64,000 nt of DNA from an uncultured Lachnospiraceae bacterium (GCA_902789265.1 CADANR010000003.1:5603-69602); one strand, 5' to 3'. Counted from the stretch's first letter, positions 10,088 to 21,358 are shown. The notes: generated from the letters alone by a model not told the origin. Made by a program: numbers and translations.

Positions 10088-10933
10088 CTATGAATTTAAA
10101 GATACACTCTCAACGCAATTTTTCATAAGCATGGCAATTGTCATCGGCCCGACTCCGCCGGGAACAGGTGTAATTGCGGATGTATGTGGTGCAACATCAT
10201 CAAAATCAACATCCCCGCAAAGTTTCTTGCCTTCCAGACGATGAATCCCGACATCAATGACTACAGCGCCTTCTTTTACATATTCCGCAGTAATCATCTT
10301 CGGCTTTCCGATTGCAACAATCAGAATGTCTGCACGCTTTGTAACTTCCGCCAAATTCTTCGTTCTGGAATGGCAAACCGTAACGGTTGCATTCTCTCGA
10401 AGCATTAAAAGAGACATCGGTTTTCCAACGATATTGCTTCGACCGATAATCACGCACTCTTTTCCTTCAATTTCCACATTGCTTCTTTTTAAAAGCTCAA
10501 TGATGCCTGCCGGTGTACAGGATACGAATCCCGGTTGTCCGATACAAAGCGCACCGACACTCTGCGGATGAAAACCGTCCACATCCTTCTTCGGTGAAAT
10601 TGCTTTAATTACAGCATCCTCATCAATATGTTTCGGAAGCGGCAACTGAACCAGAATTCCGTTTACGGAATCATCGGCATTTAATTTTTCGATTAATTCA
10701 AGTAATTCTTCCCGGGAAGTACTTTCCGGAAGTTCATAGGAAAGCGACTTGATTCCGATAAACTCGCATGCTTTCTTTTTATTCCCGACATATACGGTGG
10801 ATGCAGGATCCTCTCCGACCAAAATAACCGCAAGGCAGGGAACCGTGCCATGAGACTTCATCTCATCCACTTTAACCTTTAATTCTTCCTTCAAAGCGGT
10901 GGAAATTGCTTTTCCGTCTATAATCTGATACAT
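10088..10933 (-). CDS. folD: bifunctional methylene-THF dehydrogenase / methenyl-THF cyclohydrolase
   Basis: MYQIIDGKAIS... with GRSNIVGKPMSLLML. The start is moved to ATG 10933 (RBS GGAG), which removes the overlap with fhs. Confidence 0.9.
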   Translation of the reverse strand: MYQIIDGKAISTALKEELKVKVDEMKSHGTVPCLAVILVGEDPASTVYVGNKKKACEFIGIKSLSYELPESTSREELLELIEKLNADDSVNGILVQLPLPKHIDEDAVIKAISPKKDVDGFHPQSVGALCIGQPGFVSCTPAGIIELLKRSNVEIEGKECVIIGRSNIVGKPMSLLMLRENATVTVCHSRTKNLAEVTKRADILIVAIGKPKMITAEYVKEGAVVIDVGIHRLEGKKLCGDVDFDDVAPHTSAITPVPGGVGPMTIAMLMKNCVESVSLNS

Positions 10934-10967
10934 GTTTATCTCCAAACAATCTGTAATTTTTTTATAT

Positions 10968-12638
10968 TTAGAACAATCCGGTAATCTTACCTTCTTCATT
11001 CACATCAATTCCAAGTGCAGCCGGTACTTTAGGAAGCCCCGGCATTGTCATAATCTGACCGGTAATGGCAACCACGAAACCTGCACCTGCGGAAACATAT
11101 ACTTCACGAACCTCGATATTGTAACCGGTCGGCCTTCCGAGAAGTGCCGGATTATCGGATAAGGAGTATTGTGTTTTTGCGATACAAACCGGGAAGTTTC
11201 CGAATCCCAGATCTTCCAGTTTCTTAAGCTGTGTCTTTGCAGCTGCGGAATAGTTAACACCGTCTGCTCCGTAAATCTCTTTTGCAATGGTTTCAATCTT
11301 TTCGGTTAAGGAAAGGTCATCGGTGTAAATGGAATGATAATGGCTTTCCTTGGTTTCAAGAGTATTCAAAACTGCCTTTGCAAGCTCGATACCGCCTTCT
11401 CCGCCTTTCTCCCATACTTCGGAAAGTGCGAAATCACATCCTCTTTCTTCGCAGAATTGCTTTACAAATGCGGTTTCCGCAGGTGAATCAGTAACAAAGG
11501 AATTCAGTGTTACAACTACGGGTACGCCGTATTTCTGAAGATTTTCAATATGCTTTTCAAGATTGACAATACCCTTCTTCAGTGCCTCAAGATTCTCCGG
11601 TACCAAATCGTTTTTTGCAACCCCACCATTATACTTTAATGCACGAATCGTTGCAACAAGTACGATTGCATCAGGTTTTAAGCCTGCCATACGGCACTTG
11701 ATATCAAGGAATTTCTCAGCACCGAGATCGGCACCGAAGCCCGCTTCCGTAATGCAGTAATCTGCCATCTTAAGAGCAGCCTTGGTAGCTCTTACCGAGT
11801 TACAGCCGTGTGCAATATTTGCAAAAGGACCACCGTGAACAAGAGCCGGTGTATTTTCCAGAGTCTGAATCAGGTTGGGCTTTAATGCATCCTTAAGGAG
11901 TGCTGCCATGGATCCGACTGCACCCAAGTCAGCTGCGGTAACCGGCTTTCCTTCAAAATTATACGCCACGATGATACGTCCTAAACGTGCCTTTAAATCT
12001 TCCATATCATCTGCAAGGCAAAGAACTGCCATGATTTCGGATGCAACGGTAATGCAGAAATGATCTTCTCTTACAACGCCGTCCGCCTTTGCGCCGAGAC
12101 CGATTACTACATTACGAAGTGCTCTGTCATTCATATCAAGACATCTTTTCCAGACTACCATTCTGGTATCAATTCCAAGCTGGTTACCCTGCTGGATATG
12201 ATTATCAAGCATTGCTGCAAGAAGGTTATTTGCGGTAGTAATTGCATGGAAATCACCTGTAAAATGAAGGTTTAAATCTTCCATCGGAACAACCTGTGCA
12301 TAACCGCCTCCGGCAGCACCGCCCTTAATTCCGAAGCAGGGTCCTAAGGATGGCTCACGAAGTGCAATGATTGCTTTTTTGTTTAATTTGGCAAATGCCT
12401 GTCCGAGTCCTACGGTTGTAGTTGTTTTTCCTTCTCCTGCGGGAGTCGGGTTAATTGCCGTAACAAGGACTAATTTGCCGTTCGGATTGGACTGAATACG
12501 ATTTAAGTATTCATCCGTGATTTTTGCCTTGTACTTTCCGTAAAGTTCAAGCTCATCATAAGATATTCCGAGGCTCTCGGCAACTTCCGTAATAGGTTTC
12601 ATCGTAGCTTCCTGTGCAATCTGAATGTCTGTCTTCAT
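10968..12638 (-). CDS. fhs: formate--tetrahydrofolate ligase
   Basis: 556 aa with [15 protein letters not shown] and RBS AAAGGAG. Confidence 0.95.
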   Translation of the reverse strand: MKTDIQIAQEATMKPITEVAESLGISYDELELYGKYKAKITDEYLNRIQSNPNGKLVLVTAINPTPAGEGKTTTTVGLGQAFAKLNKKAIIALREPSLGPCFGIKGGAAGGGYAQVVPMEDLNLHFTGDFHAITTANNLLAAMLDNHIQQGNQLGIDTRMVVWKRCLDMNDRALRNVVIGLGAKADGVVREDHFCITVASEIMAVLCLADDMEDLKARLGRIIVAYNFEGKPVTAADLGAVGSMAALLKDALKPNLIQTLENTPALVHGGPFANIAHGCNSVRATKAALKMADYCITEAGFGADLGAEKFLDIKCRMAGLKPDAIVLVATIRALKYNGGVAKNDLVPENLEALKKGIVNLEKHIENLQKYGVPVVVTLNSFVTDSPAETAFVKQFCEERGCDFALSEVWEKGGEGGIELAKAVLNTLETKESHYHSIYTDDLSLTEKIETIAKEIYGADGVNYSAAAKTQLKKLEDLGFGNFPVCIAKTQYSLSDNPALLGRPTGYNIEVREVYVSAGAGFVVAITGQIMTMPGLPKVPAALGIDVNEEGKITGLF

Positions 12639-12723
12639 GGCATCTCCTTTTGTTCTTAAATATTTATTAAGTTACTCTTTTATAAAATAACAACGTTAAC
12701 TGTATTTTGTTTATTTAAAAAAA

Positions 12724-15495
12724 TTACTGGTTCTGAAGGTACTCCTCGAACTCTTCCATGTTCATAAGAATTCTTCTCGGCTTTGTTCCCTCTTCCGGTC
12801 CGACTACGCCGGCTTCTTCAAGCTGGTCCATAATACGCGCCGCTCTGTTAAATCCGATTTTAAAGATTCTCTGGAGCATTCCGATGGAACCTTTCTCTTT
12901 ATCGATTACGAATCTTCCCGCTTCCGCAAAGTATTCATCCCTGTCATCCCCGCCGGAATTCAACGCACTTCCGCCGCTTATATTACTGCTGATGACGGTC
13001 GGGATTTCGGACTGGTAGGAGGAGCAGATATTCTGATTCTTAATGAAATCAACAACATTCGCCACTTCTTCATCCGAAATAAACGCACCCTGCACACGGG
13101 AGGGTTTGTTAAGCCACTGCGGGAAGAATAACATATCTCCTTTACCGAGCAGTTTCTCCGCACCGTTTGAATCAAGGATGGTTCTTGAATCAATACCGGA
13201 GGATACCGAAAATGCGATACGGCTGGGCATATTTGCTTTAATCAGACCGGTAATGACATCTACGGAAGGACGCTGTGTTGCAATGATTAAATGGATACCG
13301 GCTGCACGGGCAAGCTGTGCAAGACGGCAGATACTTTCTTCCACTTCTTTGGATGCAACCATCATCAAATCGGCTAACTCGTCCACGATAATAACAACCT
13401 GGGGCATTTTTTTAAGCCGCTCTTCTTCGGGAACATCCGCACCCTGGGAAGCAACTTTTTCGTTAAAGCCTTTCAGGTCACGTACACCTAAATCCGCAAA
13501 GCGTTTATAACGCTCCGTCATTTCATTGACACCCCACTGCAAAGCTGCGGATGCCTGCTTCGGATCCGTAACGACCGGAAGAAGCAAATGCGGTATACCG
13601 TTGTATACGGATAATTCCACTACCTTAGGATCGATTAAAATAAGCTTAACGTCATCCGGATTTGCCTTAAATAAAATACTCATAATAAGCGTGTTAATGC
13701 AGACGGACTTACCGGAACCGGTAGCACCTGCGATTAACATATGAGGCATTTTTGCAAGATCTGATACAACAACGTCACCTGCGATATCTTTGCCGACGGC
13801 AAATGTAATATTTGATTTAAATTCCTTATATTCTTTCGATTCAAAAAGTTCACGAAGTCCTACGGAGGATGCAGTAAGATTCGGAACTTCGATTCCGACT
13901 GCCTGCTTTCCGGGAATCGGTGCTTCAATACGGATATCGGATGCAGCAAGATTTAACTTAATATCATCCGCTAAAGAAACAATCTTGGATACCTTAACCC
14001 CCATCTCCGGCTGGAGCTCATATCTGGTAACCGCAGGTCCCTTGGAATAATCGGTTACATGTACCCTTACGCCGAAGGTTTCAAGTGTTTCTTCGAGCCT
14101 TCTGGCAGTTTCTTCCAGTTCGCGCTTATCATCGGACTTTTTATTCTTATCAAACGGCTTTAAGAGATTGACGGAAGGAAGCCTGTACTGTGCCGAAGAT
14201 TTCTGCGGTTTTTTGAAATCATCCAGGCTCTTGGACAATCCGGCTTTATCACGGCTTCTTAAATGTACTGCCCCGTCGGATTCACTCTCGGATACTGTTT
14301 GTGCGGCAGCAGTCATTGCCACCGGTTTCGGTGTTGCAACAGGTGTAATCGGAGGCAAATCAGCCGTATCGGATAATGCGCCTCTTGAGAAAGTATCTTC
14401 CGCAGGGGCGGTTGTACCGACTGCATTCAAAGTAATGCTTGCCGAACCGGGAGTCGCACTGACGCCGTTATTACGGGATACCGGACGAATCCAGTCCTCT
14501 CTTTGATCGTCATACTCTTCTTCCACTTCCTTCGGAAGAACAACGCGGTGGATATTGTTGGATTCCGGTTTCTCCGGAATATTGATACCTCCGGCCTCTT
14601 TCGGTTTGGCCGCCTGTTTATTCTTAAATACGGGAACGGATTTGCCCATTAACTGAAGACCTTCAGGCTCTTCCTCAGCATATTCTTCTTTCACGCGGAT
14701 GTCTTCTTCCGGAACTTCTTTCTTTTTCTGAAGTTTGCTTAAATCATGATCAACGCTCGTACTTTGGGTTCTGCGTGAATTGACAGGTGCAGCGGAAGCG
14801 GTATTGCGGGTATTTTTCCGTCTGACCGGAACTTCTTCTTCCTCTTCCTCCTCATAATCATCATCTTCTTCCCGTTCCCTCTGTGTATACTCAATCAGTG
14901 CGGGAACATAGGGAAGCACAAAGACGCCGATGCCGATTAACGTTAAGATTACGCAAACGAAAATCGCACCGACCTTGCTGATTAATGATACTAAAAACAG
15001 AGCAATCGCGCCGAATAAAAAGCCTCCGCCCGTTCCGTTAATGAAGAAATCATGAGCCCAGTCCTTGCTGCCGACATAGCTTTCCAGATTACCGTAGGTG
15101 AACAGGTGCGCAAACAATGCAAAAGTTACCATCAGAAGTATAAGAGCCGCAAAACGAATGTAAAACGATCTGTCTCTTTCAATAATTCGAAATATTATGG
15201 TAAGTACAATCGCTGCAATCGGCAGGTAATAAGCGGATATTCCGAAGATACCGGTCACACCGATGCGGATGAAATCTCCTAAATTGTTCTTTCCTTCCAC
15301 TCCCGAGGAGATTACTTTAATCACGCACAGAAAAATGAAAATCAAAGCCGCGAAGACCGCGAGCATAATCACTTCTTTCTTGTACGCAAAGTCAAACTGT
15401 TCTGCCTGTTTTTTATTTGTCCTTTTTGCAGTACTTTTCTTCTTTGAAGACCCGGATTTTTTCCCGGTCTTTCTCCCGTTTCCGGAAGTAGCCAT
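12724..15495 (-). CDS. ftsK: DNA translocase FtsK/SpoIIIE
   Basis: 923 aa with N-terminal TM helices and an acidic/Pro-rich linker. Walker [10 protein letters not shown], Walker [13 protein letters not shown], and a gamma domain at the C-terminus. Confidence 0.9.
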   Translation of the reverse strand: MATSGNGRKTGKKSGSSKKKSTAKRTNKKQAEQFDFAYKKEVIMLAVFAALIFIFLCVIKVISSGVEGKNNLGDFIRIGVTGIFGISAYYLPIAAIVLTIIFRIIERDRSFYIRFAALILLMVTFALFAHLFTYGNLESYVGSKDWAHDFFINGTGGGFLFGAIALFLVSLISKVGAIFVCVILTLIGIGVFVLPYVPALIEYTQREREEDDDYEEEEEEEVPVRRKNTRNTASAAPVNSRRTQSTSVDHDLSKLQKKKEVPEEDIRVKEEYAEEEPEGLQLMGKSVPVFKNKQAAKPKEAGGINIPEKPESNNIHRVVLPKEVEEEYDDQREDWIRPVSRNNGVSATPGSASITLNAVGTTAPAEDTFSRGALSDTADLPPITPVATPKPVAMTAAAQTVSESESDGAVHLRSRDKAGLSKSLDDFKKPQKSSAQYRLPSVNLLKPFDKNKKSDDKRELEETARRLEETLETFGVRVHVTDYSKGPAVTRYELQPEMGVKVSKIVSLADDIKLNLAASDIRIEAPIPGKQAVGIEVPNLTASSVGLRELFESKEYKEFKSNITFAVGKDIAGDVVVSDLAKMPHMLIAGATGSGKSVCINTLIMSILFKANPDDVKLILIDPKVVELSVYNGIPHLLLPVVTDPKQASAALQWGVNEMTERYKRFADLGVRDLKGFNEKVASQGADVPEEERLKKMPQVVIIVDELADLMMVASKEVEESICRLAQLARAAGIHLIIATQRPSVDVITGLIKANMPSRIAFSVSSGIDSRTILDSNGAEKLLGKGDMLFFPQWLNKPSRVQGAFISDEEVANVVDFIKNQNICSSYQSEIPTVISSNISGGSALNSGGDDRDEYFAEAGRFVIDKEKGSIGMLQRIFKIGFNRAARIMDQLEEAGVVGPEEGTKPRRILMNMEEFEEYLQNQ

Positions 15496-15510
15496 ATCTA
15501 AATGCCTCCG

Positions 15511-15711
15511 TTATACATCATAAAAATCTTTACCCGTCAGATCCTTGATATCAAAATCCATTTCCTCTTCTGTCGGGTCATAATCAAATACAAGTTCCTT
15601 CGGAACATGAGGTTTCGGTCCCGGAAGAACATTCTTAATCTCTTTTACAGATTCTGCAGCAGGTTCTGTTACAGTTTCTGTTACAGTTTCTTGTGCCTTC
15701 AGCAGTTTCAA
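15511..15711 (-). CDS. probable displaced C-terminus of the upstream 875-aa repeat protein (alternate frame)
   Basis: After a TTG pseudo-start it reads ...QETVTETVTEPAAESVKEIKNVLPGPKPHVPKELVFDYDPTEEEMDFDIKDLTGKDFYDV. This continues the ETVTE repeat of the neighbouring ORF and overlaps that ORF's out-of-character tail. Confidence 0.5.
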   Translation of the reverse strand: MKLLKAQETVTETVTEPAAESVKEIKNVLPGPKPHVPKELVFDYDPTEEEMDFDIKDLTGKDFYDV

Positions 15712-16850
15712 TTCCTTTCGTTTCAGCCTTATTATCAGAAGTATCCTGTACGGTTTCCGTAACTGCTTCCGGTTTGGTTTCTGCCGGAATTTCTGCTGCT
15801 GTTTCTGTTGTAACTTCTGCTACGGTTTCAGTTGTAACTTCCGCTACGGTTTCCGGTACAGTTTCCGTTACGGGTTCTGCCGTAGTCTCGGTTGTAATAT
15901 CCGTTGCAGTTTCCGCAACTGTTTCTGCGGCAGGCGCAACCGTTGTTTCTGTTACGGTTTCTGCTACAGTCTCTGTTGCAATTTCCGTTACGTTTTCCGC
16001 AGAAGCAACAGTTTCATAAGTATTCGCAACTGTTTCAGTTGCCGCAACAGTTTCACCTGCTGCAGCAGTCTCACTTACAGGCGCAGCCTCGCCTGCCGCC
16101 ATGGCTCTGGCCACCAGTACAGATTCAACTGCAGTTGCAGTATTGGTTTCAGGTTCCTCTACCTTCTTAGTAAGCATAGGTCTGTTCATATATTCAGGAT
16201 TGCTCTCAAAATCACCCTCTGCCTTCTTAACAGGTGAGAACATCTTACCGCGACGTCCTCTGGGAGCCATCTTCATCGGTACATACGGAGGAAGTTCTTT
16301 CTTAACCGGTTTCGATTCTGCTGCGGCAGGTTCTTCTGCAACGGGTTCTGCTGTGGCAACAGTTTCAGTCTGAGTTTCCGTCTTTATTTCTTCCGCATTC
16401 TCGGTCTTCGTTTCTGCCGGTACTTCTGCCTTTGTTTCTACCGAAGTTTCTGTCTTCACTTCTTCAACCGTTTCAGGCTTTGTTTCTGTCGCAATTTCAG
16501 ACGTTGTATCTTCCGAAGTCTCATCTTTTGTTTCTGTCGGAATTTCTGCAATTGCTTCAGGCTTTGTTTCTACCACAGTTTCAGTCTTCGTTTCAGCAGA
16601 AGTTTCTGCCTTTTCAACTTCTTCTTTAACTGTTTCCACAGTGCTGTCTGCTGCAGTAGTTTCTTTAGCGGAAGTTTCAGGAGTTTCAATTGCAACCGTT
16701 TCTGTTGCAGCAGACTCTGCCACAGCATTTTCAGTTGCAGGAGTTTCAGTAGCAACAGTTTCGGTTGCAACAACTCCGGCCACTTCTGTCTTAACTTCTT
16801 CTGCAGTCTCCTCGGCAGGCGCCTCCATATGCACATCTTTTCCAAGGGTA
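15635..16850 (-). repeat. degenerate short in-frame repeats encoding a T/E/A/V-rich region
   Basis: Reiterated gtttc(t/c)g(t/c)nac units on the plus strand. The protein reads ...TETVAETVTETTVAPAAETVAETATDITTETTAEPVTETVPETVAEVTTETVAEVTTETAAE... Confidence 0.8.
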
Positions 16851-18262
16851 ATCACGTTGGTCTTGCGACTCTTACGCCCACCCTGCTTATTTTCTTTTTC
16901 AATCCTTTTGGCAAATTTAGCATTTGCCCTTTCTTTCCGCTTATTCTCAATATCAATTAACTGTTCCTTCATTGCCTCTTCCGATTCTGCCTCAACCGGC
17001 ATAAACAGAATTGCAATATAGCGAAGTCCGATAGCCCCGATCATTGTAAATACAAGGGACATCACAACTTCATAAGAAACATGATCCAAAGTTACGAAAT
17101 GGAATAAAACAAATACGATTGCCATTACCGCAAGAGGAAATACGCGGTCTTTCTTTGTTTTAACAAATTCCAAAAGCCATAGTCCCGCAAGCATATAGAT
17201 AATCGCAGACTCCCAGGTTCCGTAATACGGAGCAAGTATTGTTATGTCGATTCCGTCCCTCGGAACAAAAAGCATACCGTAACGGGCAATTCCGGTCAAT
17301 CCGGAAGGTGCGCCTGCCGGAAAGGCAAATAATGCAATCAGAAGAAATACGAGACCGCATCCGGCAAATACAAGGCTCTGCCAGGACGACTTATCGATTT
17401 TTTCCCTGATTTCCGTTTTAAACTTCATTTGATGGAATGCATAAATTGTAATCGGGAATAAGAAAAGTCCGGAAATATCAAAGTAAGCAATAAAGCCCGC
17501 AAATAATCCCGCAAGACCGAAATACAGCAAATGCCGGTTTTCTTCGATTTTTCCGTTTCTGTAATAATGAATGAGTTCCACAATACCCAAATAATATGCA
17601 CTGAGTAAGAAACCGTACATAAGCGCCGGTGTACAATAAAGGAACTGCTGGACGGATGCCGGCAGAAATGCAAGAAGAAGGAACGCAAACCACGCTGCCG
17701 CTTTTCCGACAGAGTTTCGAATTGCATAGAATACAAAAATCATAATTCCGAGAGAAAGAATGGCCTGTAGAACATAAACAACCACCAGGTTCTCTCCGAA
17801 AATGCCGAATAACATTTTGACCAAACCGGTAAATAAATATGCCCCGTTTTCACCGGTCCCGAGTGAAGGAATGTTTCCGAGAGCATATTCAATATATGCG
17901 CCGGTTCCTTTGCCTGTTCCGGCTCCGGTTTCATCAATGAAAAGTTTAATCGCACTCGAAAATCTTACAATCAGCGCAGTGATTGCAACCACGAATACGA
18001 ATACAACTTCCATAATGCCTTCGAGTTTTATGCCGCTTACACCAAATTTCTCTTCCACCGGCTTTTTCAAAGACTTAAATCCGATTGCGAGAATCGTAAT
18101 TCCGAGAATGAAAATACCATAGAATGCTCCGACATAAATCAGATATGCCGGATTCTCTGCCGCTTCCGATACACCGATTGCGGAAACACCGATTCCGGCA
18201 AAAACAATGACACAAAGAAAGCCCCAGATTATGTAATTGACAACGGATCTTTTAAAAATCAT
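15635..18262 (-). CDS. polytopic membrane protein (GT-C-like putative glycosyltransferase) with a long Thr/Glu/Ala/Val-rich repeat tail; the 3' end appears frameshifted
   Basis: The first ~450 aa are strongly hydrophobic and multi-pass; the rest is low complexity (ETVAE/TETV units). The ORF ends with the atypical Cys/Arg/Asn-rich tail EGTRNCNRNCNRTCCRICKRD. The ATG at 18262 abuts the stop of the GT2 gene. Confidence 0.6.
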   Translation of the reverse strand: MIFKRSVVNYIIWGFLCVIVFAGIGVSAIGVSEAAENPAYLIYVGAFYGIFILGITILAIGFKSLKKPVEEKFGVSGIKLEGIMEVVFVFVVAITALIVRFSSAIKLFIDETGAGTGKGTGAYIEYALGNIPSLGTGENGAYLFTGLVKMLFGIFGENLVVVYVLQAILSLGIMIFVFYAIRNSVGKAAAWFAFLLLAFLPASVQQFLYCTPALMYGFLLSAYYLGIVELIHYYRNGKIEENRHLLYFGLAGLFAGFIAYFDISGLFLFPITIYAFHQMKFKTEIREKIDKSSWQSLVFAGCGLVFLLIALFAFPAGAPSGLTGIARYGMLFVPRDGIDITILAPYYGTWESAIIYMLAGLWLLEFVKTKKDRVFPLAVMAIVFVLFHFVTLDHVSYEVVMSLVFTMIGAIGLRYIAILFMPVEAESEEAMKEQLIDIENKRKERANAKFAKRIEKENKQGGRKSRKTNVITLGKDVHMEAPAEETAEEVKTEVAGVVATETVATETPATENAVAESAATETVAIETPETSAKETTAADSTVETVKEEVEKAETSAETKTETVVETKPEAIAEIPTETKDETSEDTTSEIATETKPETVEEVKTETSVETKAEVPAETKTENAEEIKTETQTETVATAEPVAEEPAAAESKPVKKELPPYVPMKMAPRGRRGKMFSPVKKAEGDFESNPEYMNRPMLTKKVEEPETNTATAVESVLVARAMAAGEAAPVSETAAAGETVAATETVANTYETVASAENVTEIATETVAETVTETTVAPAAETVAETATDITTETTAEPVTETVPETVAEVTTETVAEVTTETAAEIPAETKPEAVTETVQDTSDNKAETKGIETAEGTRNCNRNCNRTCCRICKRD

Positions 18263-19270
18263 TTATTCTTCGTCCAATCCCTTCACAGAATCTTCTTTCT
18301 CTAAATCAGCACTTAAAAATGTTTCAATATGATATCTCGGTCTCTGTTTTACTTCGATATATATCTTTCCGACGTATTGACCGATTAAGCCAACAGAAAT
18401 CAGTTGGACACCTCCGATAAACCAGATGGAAAGCATGAGTGATGCCCAGCCCGGCTGTGTCTCTCCGAATATATTTAAGAAATACGAAACAAGCACATAT
18501 ATCAACGCTAAGAAGCTTAAAATTACAATCATAATTCCGAAGCCGGTAATAAAACTGATCGGCTTTACGGAGAAGGAAGTAATTCCTTCAATTGCAAGGG
18601 CAAGCATTTTCTTAAGCGGATATTTGCTCTCGCCTGCAACTCTTTCCAGACGCTCATAATAAACACTGTCTGTCTTGAAACCGATGAGAGGTACAATTCC
18701 CCGCAAAAACAGATTTCTCTCAGGATACTCCGAGAATGCCTGAAGCGCCCGCTTGCTCATTAGTCTGAAATCCGCATGATTATAAACGGTTTTTACACCC
18801 ATGGAACTCATGACTTTGTAAAATCCCTGCGCCGTGGTTCTCTTGAAAAATGTATCTTTCTTTCTGGAATTGCGGACACCGTACACAATATCGCATCCGT
18901 CATGATACTTATCCATCATGTCATCAAAAACATGAACGTCATCCTGAAGGTCCGCATCGATGGAAATTGTGACATCCGAGCAATCCTTTGCGGTAAGAAG
19001 TCCGGCAGTCAAAGCAAACTGATGTCCGACATTTCCGGCTAATTTCAGACCATAAATCCGATTCGGATATTTTTCATGTTCGGCTGCAATAAGTTCCCAG
19101 GTTTTATCCTTACTTCCGTCATCGACAAACAGGACAAAGCTGTTTGCTGCAATTTTTCCCTTTGATGTAAGGTCTTCCAAAGAAGCACGAAGAGCTTCCG
19201 ATGTAATCGGAAGCATTTCCTCTTCGTTATAGCATGGTACAACAATTGCAAGTTGTCCCGGTCTGTTCAT
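18263..19270 (-). CDS. GT2 polyprenyl-phosphate glycosyltransferase (GtrB/ArnC/CsbB-like)
   Basis: Motifs VVPCYNEE and DADLQDD, with two C-terminal TM helices. I prefer ATG 19270 (MNRPGQLAIVV, RBS GAGGTGG) over the GTG at 19279. Confidence 0.85.
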   Translation of the reverse strand: MNRPGQLAIVVPCYNEEEMLPITSEALRASLEDLTSKGKIAANSFVLFVDDGSKDKTWELIAAEHEKYPNRIYGLKLAGNVGHQFALTAGLLTAKDCSDVTISIDADLQDDVHVFDDMMDKYHDGCDIVYGVRNSRKKDTFFKRTTAQGFYKVMSSMGVKTVYNHADFRLMSKRALQAFSEYPERNLFLRGIVPLIGFKTDSVYYERLERVAGESKYPLKKMLALAIEGITSFSVKPISFITGFGIMIVILSFLALIYVLVSYFLNIFGETQPGWASLMLSIWFIGGVQLISVGLIGQYVGKIYIEVKQRPRYHIETFLSADLEKEDSVKGLDEE

Positions 19271-19284
19271 TGATTCCACCTCGC

Positions 19285-20565
19285 CTACATACTCGCAAGA
19301 GCCTGTTCAAGATCTGCGATAATATCATCCACATTCTCGATACCAACCGAGAAACGGATTAAATCAGGCTGTACGCCTGCTTCAAGCAACTGCTCATCCG
19401 TCATCTGACGGTGGGTATGGCTTGCCGGATGAAGTACACAGGAACGGGTATCCGCAACATGTGTTACGATAGCAACCAGCTTTAAATGATCCATAAAGCT
19501 TACGGATGCAGCTCTTCCGCCTTTCAGACCGAAGGTCAGAACACCGCAGGTTCCTTTCGGCATGTACTTCTTTGCTCTTTCATAGTATTTATCGCCCTCA
19601 AGTCCGGGATAATTAACCCATGCAATCTTATCATTTGCTTTCAGCCATTTTGCAACCGCAAGTGCATTGGAACAATGACGTTCCATACGAAGATGAAGGG
19701 TTTCAAGTCCGAGATTTACATAGAATGCATTCTGAGGAGACTGGATAGATCCCAAATCTCTCATCAGCTGTGAGGTTGCCTTGGTAATATATGCAGCCTT
19801 TCCGAATTTCTCGGTATAGGTAATTCCATGATAGGATTCGTCGGGAGTACAGAGTCCCGGGAATTTGTCAGGATATTTACTCCAGTCAAAATTGCCGGAA
19901 TCCACGATACATCCGCCGACTGCAGTTGCATGTCCGTCCATATATTTGGTCGTGGAATGCGTGATAATGTCCACACCGTATTCAAAAGGTTTGCAATTAA
20001 TCGGTGTCGGGAAAGTATTGTCAACGATTACCGGAATTCCCGCTTCATGCGCAACCTTCACAAATTTATCAAAATCGAGAACAGCCAGGGAAGGATTGGA
20101 AATGGATTCCGCAAGAATGCATTTTGTGTTCGGCTTGATTGCAGCCTTTAAATCTTCCTCGGAAATCTCAGGATCAACAACTGTAGTTTCGATCCCCATC
20201 TTGCTGACCGTAGTGGTCAGCAGGTTGAATGTTCCGCCGTAAAGTGCGGAAGAAATGATTAAATGATCTCCCGCTTCACAGATATTAAATACTGCATAGA
20301 AATTTGCCGCCTGCCCCGAGGATGTCAGCATCGCTGCATAACCGCCTTCCAGATCGCAGATTTTCTTCGCTACAAAATCATTGGTCGGATTCTGAAGTCT
20401 GGTATAGAAATATCCGGATGCTTCCAGATCAAACAATGCACCCATTGCATCGGATGTGTCATATTTAAAAGTTGTGCTTTGATAAATCGGGAGCACTCTG
20501 GGTTCTCCTGTTTTCGGAGTCCAGCCTCCCTGTACGCATATTGTTTCCGTTTTAAAATCGGACAT
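19285..20565 (-). CDS. metY: O-acetylhomoserine sulfhydrylase (PLP-dependent Cys/Met metabolism enzyme)
   Basis: 426 aa with the PLP-lysine region HSTTKYMDGH and a family-typical N-terminus. Confidence 0.85.
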   Translation of the reverse strand: MSDFKTETICVQGGWTPKTGEPRVLPIYQSTTFKYDTSDAMGALFDLEASGYFYTRLQNPTNDFVAKKICDLEGGYAAMLTSSGQAANFYAVFNICEAGDHLIISSALYGGTFNLLTTTVSKMGIETTVVDPEISEEDLKAAIKPNTKCILAESISNPSLAVLDFDKFVKVAHEAGIPVIVDNTFPTPINCKPFEYGVDIITHSTTKYMDGHATAVGGCIVDSGNFDWSKYPDKFPGLCTPDESYHGITYTEKFGKAAYITKATSQLMRDLGSIQSPQNAFYVNLGLETLHLRMERHCSNALAVAKWLKANDKIAWVNYPGLEGDKYYERAKKYMPKGTCGVLTFGLKGGRAASVSFMDHLKLVAIVTHVADTRSCVLHPASHTHRQMTDEQLLEAGVQPDLIRFSVGIENVDDIIADLEQALASM

Positions 20566-21308
20566 TATCTGTAATCCTCCTCTTCTTCCCAGTTTGTATA
20601 AACATTCTGTACATCATCATCTTCATCGAGTAAATCAAGTGTTCTGTTTAACCACTTGATATTTTCCTCATCGGTCAACGAAACGTAATTCTGGGGAATC
20701 ATGGTTACTTCGGCGGATGCCATTACAATCTTTTCCTCATCCAGCTTCTTCTGAACATCCAATAAGGAATCCGGATCGGTAATAATCTCGAAGCTGTCTT
20801 CCTCTTCGGAAAAATCTTCAGCACCTGCATCCAGTACCAGCATCATCAAATCGTCTGCGTCCATTTCGCATTCTTCTTTATCGATGATAATCTGTCCTTT
20901 TCTGTCAAACATAAAGGATACGCATCCCTGTGTACCGATACTTCCGTTTCCTTTCGTAAATGCACTTCTTACATTCGCTGCGGTTCTGTTCTTGTTATCG
21001 GTTAAGGTTTCCACGATAATGGCAATTCCGCAGGGACCATAGCCTTCGTAAGTCGCATGCTCATATACAACGCTTCCGTCATCTCCGGCAGCCTTCTTGA
21101 TACCACGCTCGATTGTATCGTTCGGCATATTGTTTGCTTTTGCCTTTGCAATGACAGTAGCAAGTTTATAATTGTTGGAAGGATCCGGTCCGCCTTCTTT
21201 TACGGCAACAGCAATTTCACGGCCGATAATGGTAAAAATCTTACCCTTTGCTGCATCGTTCTTTTCCTTCTTGTGCTTGATATTTGCAAATTTTGAATGT
21301 CCTGACAT
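20565..21308 (-). CDS. yebC: YebC/PmpR-family transcriptional regulator
   Basis: MSGHSKFANIKHKKEKNDAAKGK..., 247 aa, RBS AGGAGG. Confidence 0.9.
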   Translation of the reverse strand: MSGHSKFANIKHKKEKNDAAKGKIFTIIGREIAVAVKEGGPDPSNNYKLATVIAKAKANNMPNDTIERGIKKAAGDDGSVVYEHATYEGYGPCGIAIIVETLTDNKNRTAANVRSAFTKGNGSIGTQGCVSFMFDRKGQIIIDKEECEMDADDLMMLVLDAGAEDFSEEEDSFEIITDPDSLLDVQKKLDEEKIVMASAEVTMIPQNYVSLTDEENIKWLNRTLDLLDEDDDVQNVYTNWEEEEDYR

Positions 21309-21358
21309 AATATCCTCCTAAAAAACAAAAATATACAAATTACATCATACCATTTTTT

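Noticed and set aside
15693-17021. Several 65-126-aa ORFs on both strands within the Thr/Glu repeat region (for example 15693-16019+, 15904-16170+, 16570-16845-, 16641-17021+)
   Set aside because: The repetitive, stop-poor sequence keeps all frames open. Their products (poly-SVTA, poly-LQ) merely mirror the repeat.
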